A DNA stretch of 64,000 nt, taken from the NCBI RefSeq assembly GCF_036321535.1, contig NC_087437.1, positions 18,416,001-18,480,000 of the forward strand, read 5' to 3'. The notes under the pieces were generated by a model. It was not told the origin of the DNA. It did no database searches and saw nothing but the letters and a program-made list of their open reading frames with translations. Positions 36,021 through 45,877 of this stretch are shown piece by piece. Each line of letters starts with the position of its first letter. The stretch's first letter is position 1. The position numbers and the translations under genes were made by a program. The stretch is from Camelus dromedarius (taxonomy: Eukaryota).

Positions 36021-36249
36021 CTAAACTTTTTTTTTAAAAAAGAGGCCAGAGAGCTAGCTAGTCCTGTTTCTGCCATGTGAGGACACAAGTCAGCCATCTA
36101 CAACCTGGAAGAGGCCTTCACAGACCCTCTCCATGTTGGCTTCCAGTCATCTCTGACTTCCAGCCTCCAGAACCATGCAAAATAAATTTCTATTGTTTAT
36201 AAGCCACCTATTTTATGGTATTTTATTATAGTGACCTGAGCTAAGACAA

Positions 36250-36680
36250 TCTGAGTCTTCAAATCAGATCATCTGTGTCCTCCATCTCTTTTCTTTCTCA
36301 TCAAAATTACTTTGGCTATTCCACATCTTTTGATTTTTAGAATGCCTGTTAGTATTTTCCAAAAAGGCTCGTTGGAAATTTGATTAGAATTGCAGTGAAT
36401 CTAAAGATTAATGTGAGGAGAACTGACATCTTAGTAATACTGAGTCTTGCAATTCGTGAATGTTGCATAGCTGTTCGTTGCTTACTCTTGAAATTTCAGC
36501 AATGTTTGAGAGTTGTTGAAAGTCATTTGTAATTTCATGTTTATTAATGCTATTATTAATGAAATTGTTTCTGTGTTTTTACTTCCTTTCCAATCATAAG
36601 AATACACTGATTTTTGTATATTGACTTTGTATTCTGAGACCTTGCTTAACTCACCTATTAGTTCTAGTACTTTTTTGTTG
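36250..36680 (-). mobile_element. Old LINE-1 ORF2 fragment, continuing the element cut by the MLT1A LTR
   Basis: Reverse translation ...LELIGELSKVSEYKVNIQKS... is L1 RT-region-like. Confidence 0.75.
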
Positions 36681-36682
36681 AT

Positions 36683-37510
36683 TGTGAGGCTGACTTGGAA
36701 AACACAGGCACAAAATGGAAGCAGCCTGTCTCTCTGAGCCAAATAACCTGCATTGGGCTGTGTTGCATTTTCTTCAGATCATAGAAGTCACTGGGGGTTC
36801 CCATCAAATTGCCGATCTGTATTGTGAGTCCCTGTGAGGCAGGCTGTCCCAACCACTTCCTAGTGACTATTTCATCCTGGAGCCTCAGGTTCCTGTCAGA
36901 AGCAGGACTATAAGGAGCCCTTTGCAGCCCACCACTCAGGCTTACTGAGAGGGTAAAGGAGCAGGCAAGGAGACATTGTGCACAACGTGGAGCAGTCTGA
37001 TCACAGGTCCGTCCTGTCAGCAGCATTTCTCCCTGGGTGTCTCATGTTTCGGTACATTTTGCAAGTCAAAGCACTGATTGCCTTTATTCTCAACTATCTT
37101 TTCAGGAATACTGATACACCAAACCGCCTTGAAGGATAGAGATCATCTCTCCTTCTAAAATAGGGCTTACAGCCTTGGAAGGTAGAGAGCATGTCTCCCT
37201 TCCTAGTAAGCATGCTTCTCTCCAGTGTAAAAGCTTCGGTTTCTCAAAGCGCTGAATTCTTCTCCTGTAACACAGCCCACGCGTGTGGAGGATCACGTGG
37301 CTCTCTTTGCGTTGTCCTGTGGGAAATGAGGTTCAGGGAGCCTCTGCAGAAATGATAATACCCTGGTTTCTACTATTGCTGTGAAAATAACCTATCCCTC
37401 ACCTCTGACCCGGGAATTTCATGTCCTCTGCCAGTGTCCATCAAACTATCGGCGAAGAACTTGTCAGCTTGCAAGTGGGATAAAATCTCAGACCTCCACA
37501 TTTCCTGGCA
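36683..37510 (+). mobile_element. Solo ERV LTR (MER21/MER77-like)
   Basis: The 3' end aacttgtcagcttgcaagtgggataaaatctcagacctccacatttcctggca resembles MER21-family LTR ends. The family assignment is tentative. Confidence 0.5.
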
Positions 37511-38452
37511 CCTCCTGAGAGGTAATGAGCTTTGCCCCTTGATTGCTTAGGCTCTTCTGGGAGATTGGCGAGCAGGACCTATTCTCTGTCTAACTTCTCA
37601 GTAGAACACAACTCCTTGCATATCTATTTGGGCCAAAAAAAGAAACTTTTGAGGCAGATCTGAATCTCAGTCAAGCCTCAGAGATCTTGTTACCTAAGGT
37701 TTTGCTCCTCCAGTGTGTCCCCTGAATCTTCCTGAATGACTGCCCCAGACACCTAAGGTCTTTTGAGTTCTCTACACTTTGGTAACATTTATCTCAACCA
37801 TTTGTGTGTATTTTGGAATACTACTGCATCCATATTTGTTCTAATGTAAAAATAACGTTTTAAAATCTGAACTATCAGAGATTTAGAATTTTTCTGTCAT
37901 ATTTGTGGACAGGGGTGATGCTACTGGATTTCAGAAAATTGGGCTAAATTAAAATGAGCCAATCTTACATTTCAGTTTCAAATTTTTCCTTTCTCTGACT
38001 TGGTATTATATTTCAAATACTAAGGCATGAAAACATGCGGCAACAAATGTTGATCATTTTCCCACTGTTTTGCAAGCTGGGGCTGGGGGTCATTCAGAAG
38101 TGATGCTTAGGTGCACCTGCTGGCCCCACACTCTGAGCTGCAGAATGACACTGAGGGTATCTTCTGTTGAAAGGCTGGTCACATGTTCATGTGGCAGGGA
38201 ATGGCTCTCACCTAGGCTCTGCTTCTTATCAGCTGCCAGGAAATGTTCATCAAAGGATTTTTTTCAATGAAGAAAGATTCTGATGCTTAAAATTTTATTT
38301 TTTTATCCTGTTCTCAGCCATTTAACTATGATGCGCCTGCATGTAGTTTTCTCTGTGCTTACCCATTTTTGGAATTCACCAAGCAACTTGAATCTGTGGA
38401 TTTATGTCTTCTACCAGTTTTGGGAAACTCTCTGCCATTGTCTTTCTGGATA

Positions 38453-38846
38453 TAGGTATTCCTCACTTTTTGAAAGTTCACTTTATGCCATTTTGCTTTT
38501 ACAAAAGACCTACATTAGTACCTATTTTCACTAGTGGAAAGAAATCCAAAGAGGATTTTCACTTTTATGGAAAAAGGTGAAAATCGAAAATAATGTTCAG
38601 CATTTGTTTTGCAGCAAGCTGTTACAGAAGCAGCAAAAGTGGCATCGCCAAGCTCTTTCCCTGGGAACTACACTCAGCATCTCAGCACCAAGGCACCATA
38701 GCTTTGAACTGTGTCCATGAGCATCTGTGCTGTATCTCAATTTATTTTGTGCAGCCATTAACAAGATGTTTCCTAAGGTAACTGCTATTTCACCTTATGA
38801 AAAATTTCATAGAGATGCTCTACTTTCAGATAGTGGGGGAAACCAG
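38453..38846. mobile_element. TcMar-Tigger-type non-autonomous DNA transposon
   Basis: TA flanks on both sides, with imperfect terminal inverted repeats (taggtattcctcactttttgaaagt ... actttcagatagtgggggaaaccag). Confidence 0.7.
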
Positions 38847-39019
38847 TACTGCTACTGTTCCATTTTCTCTCTCTCCTTCTGAAACTCTAGTGAAAGAATG
38901 TTGGGCATTTGAATATGTCACCTTATCATTTGCTATCATCTCTTTTTCTCTCTATCTTTTTTCCCTCTGTGCTTTAGTTTCAATGTATTCTTTTGACTCA
39001 ACTTCAAGTTCATTAATTT

Positions 39020-39210
39020 TGTGCTCAGTTTTCCATGATTCAACCAACTGCAAATTGGAAACTTAATACAATCTCTGCAGTTGGTTGAATCCACGGATGT
39101 GGAACCTGCAGATACTGGAGGACAGACCACAGAGCTTGAGCATCCCTGGATTTTGGTATCCGCACCAGGTCCTGGAACCAGTCCCCTGTGGATACCGAAG
39201 GATAAGTGTA
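39020..39210. mobile_element. MER2/Tigger2-like DNA transposon fragment
   Basis: gattcaaccaactgca...ggttgaatccacggatgtggaacctgcagatac...cttgagcatccctggattttggtatcc...tcctggaaccagtcccctgtggatacc. Confidence 0.7.
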
Positions 39211-39214
39211 TAAC

Positions 39215-39778
39215 ACACATATAGTGAAATGTGTGAAGTGTGCTAATCATTAATGCACATCTTGGTGAACTTTCACGTTTGTATATATCCCTGTAACAAC
39301 CAGCCAGGTCAAGATACATCTCCAGCACTTCTTTCCCACACATGCAGTTATCATTCCTCTCCCCCAAGAGGTAACTACTGTTCTGACTTCAGTCACCATC
39401 AATTAGTTTTATTTTTTACTGGTCTTTATATATGTTGTTGCATCTGGCTTCTTTCACTTAATATAATGTCTCTGCGATTCATTCTTGTTGTTTATGTATC
39501 GGTGCATCGTCCTTCATTCTTAGTTATTGCAGTAGAGTATTCCATTGCATATATAAACTACAATTTATTTATTCATCCTCCAGTGAATAAGCATTGGATT
39601 GTCTCCAGTCTGGGAGCTATTATGACTAAGACAGTTGTAAACATTCTTACACATGTCTTTGGTGAACAGACCTACTAATCTCTCTTAGATAAATACCTAG
39701 AAGTAGAAATGTTGAGTCTGAAGGTAGCTGTATGTCTAGTGTTAGTAGATTCTACTAAACAGTTTTTCAAAGCCATTT
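39215..39778 (-). mobile_element. Old LINE-1 3' UTR fragment
   Basis: tctggcttctttcacttaatataatgtc...gagtattccattg...taaatacctagaagtagaaat; resumes at about 40470 after an LTR-like insert. Confidence 0.7.
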
Positions 39779-40458
39779 GTGCCAGTTATCAATTTATTAC
39801 CTCTCAGATCCAAATCCATACTTAATTACCTGCTCTGTGCTGATGGAGCTGGGCCCTGCAAATATTTCTCCTTTGCCATCTGGCATGGTATTAAGGCTTG
39901 TCAGTAGGGAGCACTGGCAGCCACTGTAGAAGAAAGAGGCTTCTCTTCCTGGGTCTGATGTCTTACTTGGCAGGTTCCTGCAGCATGTGGCAGCCAGAAA
40001 CACAAAGCCCATTTCCACAGGAAGCTTCCTCCAAAATCCCAGAGGCTGACTTTCCAATGCATTGCTCCTTTGGGAAATTTTCCAGCAGTTTCCACCATGT
40101 GGCACCCTTCCATGGAGGGCTTCTCTCAGCACCAAAAGAAATGTTTTCCAGTGAATTCCATATGCATGGACTTTCCACAAACTTCATCATCATCCAGTGG
40201 GGCATAGCTACATGGTCTCCAACAAGGTACGGATGTCAGCCTGGTGGTAGAAGGTAAGGGACTCATGCAGATTTGTGCCTTCTTCAGGTGCTGCCTGAGC
40301 CCTAGCGGCTGTTCCAGATTTCTGCTGTAACTATTCTCTGCAGCTCTCTTTTCTCCTTAGTAGTTAGTCCCCTCTTATAATTAACAGTTCTTTATATTCA
40401 AATTCCCTTCTCCAAAGAACTGTGTAGTTTCCATATCCCGAGTGCACTGTGGCTGACA
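39778..40458. mobile_element. Probable ERVL-type solo LTR inserted in an L1
   Basis: Interrupts otherwise continuous L1 sequence and has TG...CA-type ends. Family not determined. Confidence 0.45.
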
Positions 40459-41540
40459 CGTGGATATACATCTGACACTCCCACCAACAGTGTACAGGAG
40501 TTCTGGTTCCTCCACAGTTATTTTCAAGTTCTGTCTACTGACTCCAGTATCTGAATGATCTGTGTGTCTGCTATTTTTTCCTCTTGCTTTTCAATTATAT
40601 GTTCATGCCTCTTCACAGGACTAGTTACTTTTTACTATCTGCAGATGTTGTGTATAAGAGGTAGAGAGACTCCAGATGATGTCATTTGCCACATAGAGTG
40701 TTCCCTCTTTCCTCCCTTAAGAGTCGGGGTCGGGGTGGTGGTGAAGAATGATCATCTCAATCCAGAGATGGGTTGAGCTGAGTTGGGCTTGGTTTTCAAT
40801 TTTTGCAGGACTCAACTGATCTCTGGTTTACCCCTATTCCTCATATGTGGAATTTGACTGAGAGCCTTGCAGGTCTCTGTATCCTAAGCCCGGGGAGGCT
40901 GTGGAGAGTCAGCTCTGCCCTTCAGAAGTTCCCAGCCCAGCTATCTGGACTTTGTCCTTACAGAGCTTCAAAATCTGGCAAATCTCATGAGGCAGGAGCT
41001 GACCTTGTTTTTGAGGCTGACCCTTTCTTCTTGTGAAGACTTTATTTTCTAAGCACTATGGGACATTGGAAGATTTCACTCTGCTTTTTAGATGCATTCT
41101 CAGGCCCAGAACTTAGCACATGTCATGTGGAGAAAATTGGTTGTCTTTTTAAGGCCCCCGATTTCCAATTTGTCATCCTAAAACTATGTGGCCACTAAAA
41201 GCTTTGCTGGTTTCTCTTGACTCCATTAGAAGTCTTCCTTCTGGGCAAAAATTGATCATTAGCCAGTGCCCCAAATTAGCAAATGTCCTAGGGGAGGGGA
41301 GAAGGAACAGCTGGTGAGCCTCATCTCATTTTGTCGCCGGAGAATTGGCCTGCCACAGCTTACCACGTCCTACCTCCAAGAGGAAATTCCTTAGGCTTTT
41401 GAAAATCAGAACTCTTTTCTTTTCAAACTATTATCCCTAGAATGTGTTTTCAAAATTATAAAGTATACCTTTCTTTCTAAAGACCTTTCTAAATTTCTGT
41501 CATGTCACTACACTGAGGCTCTAGGTATGAAAATATGGTT

Positions 41541-41788
41541 CAATGTTTTTCACATTGTAGGTCACAACCCATGGGTGGGGCATGAAATCAATTTAGTAGG
41601 TTTTGCTAGCACTTTCTAATGAAACAGAACAGACTAGAATAGAATAGATCAGAGTAACTGCACACAGTAACAAGAAGTATTGTTTCATGAAATTTTTGTT
41701 TCACTTGTGTGTGTGTGTGTGTACAGGTTTGCAATGTCAAATCTATTTGTTCCTGTGGGTTGCAGGCCAAAGTGTTTAAAAGTCACTG
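41541..41788. mobile_element. hAT-Charlie-type non-autonomous DNA transposon
   Basis: Imperfect terminal inverted repeats caatgtttttcaca ... tttaaaagtcactg, with an internal (agaat)n and (tg)n. Confidence 0.6.
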
Positions 41789-41795
41789 GACTTTA

Positions 41796-41879
41796 TTTAT
41801 TAATGGAGATACTAGGGATTGAACTCAGGACCTCACACATGCTAAGCATGAGTTCTACCACCAAGCTATACCCTGTCCC
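41796..41879 (-). mobile_element. tRNA-derived SINE (short Vic-1-like) with TSD
   Basis: The reverse strand reads GGGTATAGCTTGGTGGTAGAAC...GAGTTCAATCCCTAGTATCTCCA. TSD ctggacttta at 41786-41795 and 41880-41889. Confidence 0.85.
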
Positions 41880-44304
41880 CTGGACTTTAGTTTAAACAGA
41901 GGAAGAACTAAAGTGAGAAAAACAAATGATCACAAACAAATGTTTGCTGAACATGGACCACTTTGGGGAGAGGCTTGGCCATGAGGGGGAAGTGGGTTGA
42001 TTGAAAGCTGCTCTTTGGCCACAGAGAGCAAGAGGGAGCCCATGTAAAGGATGAAGCACAAGCATCAGTAACCACAAGCATCAGATAAGAAAATCTTGTG
42101 AGGCTTAGCTTCTAATGGGGCGGGGGCAGGTGTGGTGGGGACAGAGCAGGGATCCGGGAGAGCTAATGATGAGAAACGGTTGAACCTGGGCTGGTAAAAA
42201 ACCACAACCCTGAGAGAAGACTGTAGCTCTTGACACTAGATCACGGGCAGCCCAGGGGAACAAAGGCCTTGTACTTGGCACAAAAGAAAGGTCAGCTGAG
42301 GGGATACACAGGCGTGTAGTGGGGCGAGGCTCTTCTGCGAACCCATGGTTGCTCCAAAGTCAGCAAAAGATGAATTCCAGCCCCAGGCCTGAAGAGACTA
42401 GGACGGGGACAGGTGCTAATGTTTTCTTCCCATTCTCCCTGCTCCCTCCCGGCACCAAACACACACACAACCGATCTGCCTGCCGAGGCCACCTGACGTG
42501 GGGAAAGAGTGGACCCTGATTCTCAGTCCGCTGGTGGGGGAGGGGGGCAGTTGGGCTTGCGGTCTCCTTATGTCTAAGACAGCGGGTGACACCGTCTGCC
42601 TGGGGTATGGGGAGGTGTGTAGACCCATCACTGTGCCCTGTATCTGGCACAAGGTGAGTGTTCTGGAGCTCAGAGCTCCCTTAACCCCAGGGACCACACT
42701 GGGGGCAGGGAGTTCTGGAGGAAGGTTGTACCACCATGACCTGGCTAGCTCCAGGGCCTGAAGTCCACAGGGCCTCCTGGGGTTGCTCACTGAATCCCCG
42801 GATGCCAGCTGGGGTCTGCTCTGAGGCATGGTGCTCAGCCAGGCTTGGGCAGAGAGGCAGGCACAGGGGGTATTGTGGTAGACCAGGCTCCTTTGTTCTT
42901 GTCACCGGGCAGGGAAGCTCTACTCTCAGGCAGCCGAGCAGCCCTCATCCTTGGTCTATTCAACAAGCTGTACCCAGGTCCCTTGCCTGCCTTAGACCTC
43001 GGGGCCTGAAACTTGGGTCTGAGCCCTTCCAGGGTTCTGCCTCCCGTCTGGCCTTCCACCATGCCCCAACCACTCCTGGTCAGCCCTGGTGACCTGCTGG
43101 AGTTTTTGGAAAGACTACAGCTCAATCAGACCTCAGCCTGTCAGGTTTTCTCTCTCCCTTCTCAGCCTAGTTGATTGGTCCTTGTCTTTCAGGTCCTGGC
43201 TCAATCATCACCTCTCACAGAAAGCTTGCTCTGGCCACTCGCCCCTTCCCCGCACTGGGTTAGATGCCCTTCCTCTGGGCTCCCTCAGGCCCTGGTGTTT
43301 CTCAATTCCACACCACTCACCCCTGGCCAGCGGTGCTCTGAATTTGCTGGGAGGCAGGACTTTGCACAGCACCACACATAGTAGGTGTTCTGGCAGTGTT
43401 TGCTGAACGGGTGAACTTTTCTCCCAGGCCTCACTTTTCTGTTCAGTGACCCTCATCTCTAAAGCTCCTATCCACCAGGGACTGAGCCCTGCTTTATTTC
43501 AGGGCTCAAAGAGCAGAGGAGGCAGCCCAAATGGGACACGCATCCAATGCGGGACTGAAGACCTCCGCCACAACCTGCAGGGTCTAATTTCGTTGTTAGA
43601 GAATCCCAGGTACCTGTGTGTGATTACTAGCTGGTTGAGTTCCATTTCTCAGGGAGACAGATTACTAAAGATTTGTGTATGAAAGTGGTGTAAAGACAAA
43701 CCTTTGACTCTTGTGCAAACGTTGTCTTAGCTCAGACTGAGGGCAATGTTCTGGCCCCTAAGCCAGTCAAGGCTCAGGAGAGGATGTCTCTTGAACAAGG
43801 GGGCCCACAAGGGGCTGACAGACAGGCAGGACCACAGACTCCTGCCTGTCTCCCCCAAAAGCTGTGGGAAATGGAAAAGGGAGGAAGAGGCAGGTCCTAG
43901 GGCAAGACCAGCCAGTCAAGATGAACATCTGGCCCTCAAGCTCCCTTCTCAACCAGTTCTTTTACCCTCTATCAAGATGAGAGACACTTGATGGCACCCC
44001 AACCCCTCCCCCATGCCATGGGGACTCCAGGGGTCCAAGGAGCCTTCAGAACAGCGGGTGGGAACAGAATGCAGGGGGGCACAACAGCTCTCACCAAATC
44101 GCTGCATGAGTACCTGGGGTGCCAATAGAAACTGGCACCAGATTGGAAACCCCAGCATGACATGAAGGACTCGAGGCAGCAAGGCTTCCTGAGACCTGGG
44201 GTGGTGGGTGATGCTCTCAAAATAACTAGGGAATGAGGTGTCAGGTTGGTTCAAGTCATCATCAAGGGCCACCTACAAAAAGAACACCCTCAAAAAGGAC
44301 ACTG

Positions 44305-45060
44305 ATAATCAAAACTACAATGAGATACCACTTCTCACCCCTCAGGATGGCTATAATTAAAAAAAAAAAAACAGATGATAGGTGTTGGTGAGGACGTGGA
44401 GAGTGGAACCCTCATACATTGTTGGTCGGAATATAAAGTAATGCAGCTGGTTTGGAAAACAGTTTGAGGTTTCCTCAAAATGTTAAACATAGTTAGCATA
44501 TGACCCACAATTCTAGTCCTAGGTATATATACCCAAGAGAAATGGAAACATATGTTCATACAAAGACTTGTACACAAATATTCATAGCAGCTTTATTCAT
44601 AATAGCCCCAAAGTACAAATCACCTACCTGTCCACCAGATGATGAAAGATAAACAAAATGTGGTGTATCCACACAATGGAATGCTGTTAGGTCCTGAAAA
44701 GGAGTGAAGTATTGTTCATGCTGCAACGTGGAAGAACCTTAGAAACATCATGTGAAGTGAAGGAAGCTGGGTCACAAAAGACCACATGTATGACTCCACT
44801 TACATGAAATGTCCTGAGTAGGCAAATCCAAAGAGACAAAGAAGATTAGCGGTTTCCAGGGGCTGAGAGGAGGGGGGAATGGGGAGTGACTGCAAAAGGG
44901 TTCGTTTTTTTTCTTTTAGGAGGGGGTGTTACAAAAATGTTCTGGGATTAGATAATGGAATGGAATTAGATGGTTGCACGACTTTATATACTAAAACTCA
45001 CTCAATGTTTAAAAGATGGAATTTCATGGTATGTGAATTATAGCTCAATTTTAAAATAAA
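44305..45060 (+). mobile_element. Old LINE-1 3' end (L1MB-like)
   Basis: aatcaaaactacaatgagataccac...tgttggtgaggacgtgga...ggtatgtgaattatagctcaatt. Confidence 0.85.
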
Positions 45061-45339
45061 GGGAAAATGACGCCGATGGAGAGGAGTTAGCGGAACTGAA
45101 ACAGTGAAATGGATCACCCGTGTCGCCTGTCCCCATCGCCTCCATCTGAACGAACTTTAGCCCCAGGAACCCGGCACCAAGGGGCCTTGGGAGAAGCGAC
45201 GCTGCGGGCAGGATCTAAGAAGAAACACAGCCCGATATTCGAAGGGGACGCGATTAAGGTGGCGGCCTGGGATCGCCTAGGACGGGGGAGGCGTCTGCAG
45301 GCTACGAAGTTGGCCGGGCCGGAGCGGAGATTTAAAGGC

Positions 45340-45430
45340 TGGAGCGCAGAGGCTCTTAAAGAGGCCAGGGCGAATTCCCATTCGGCGTCCACCTTAAAGC
45401 CAGCTCCGCGGCGCCACGGGTCGGACCCGG
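45340..45430 (+). other. MRAS: Candidate upstream alternative non-coding first exon of MRAS
   Basis: Near-consensus donor CGG|GTAAGT at 45431-45436 inside the island. The 5' end is unknown. Confidence 0.5.
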
Positions 45431-45689
45431 GTAAGTGCGCGGGGCCGCGGGGGAGACGGTGGCGCCGGCCTGGTTCCGTAGTTCGGCCTGCGCGCCCTGC
45501 CGGCTCCGGGGAGCTCAGCGCGGGTAGCTGGGACCTCGCGGGTCGTGCGTCCTGGGAGCCGGGGACCCGCGGGGGTGGCAGGGTCGCGGCGCCGGGCCCG
45601 TCCTCCCCTGCGCCCGCGGCGGCGGCGCTCTATTTTTAGCTGGCGCTGTTGCAATATAAGGAATGCGCGGCGCGCCGGGCGCTCGGGGC

Positions 45690-45877
45690 GCGCGCGGGCC
45701 GCGCGGTCGCTTTAAGGAGGCGCCGGGGCGGGGACGGCCAGAGCGGCCGGCGGGCCGCGGGCGGGGAGCCGTCAGTCCGGCTGCCGCAGGGCCCGGCGGA
45801 TGCGGAGCTGCCTTCTGGCCAGCGCGGGCATGGAGGAGACGGCCTGAGGCCGGAGCCGAGCCGGGCTGGAGCGCGCG
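45690..45877 (+). other. MRAS: Candidate main non-coding first exon of MRAS
   Basis: Lies downstream of a TATA-like/MEF2 patch (45630-45665) and ends at donor GCG|GTGAGC (45878). The start is approximate. Confidence 0.55.

Larger units (their letters stand above)
32576..36248 (+). mobile_element. MLT1A-like MaLR LTR split into 32576-32919 and 36040-36248 by nested SINE and L1 insertions
   Basis: 5' end tgttatgggctgaatg...tcccc...aattcatatgttgaa; 3' end ...gacttccagcctccagaacc...aataaatttctattgtttataagccacc...gagctaagaca (TG...CA termini). Confidence 0.8.
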
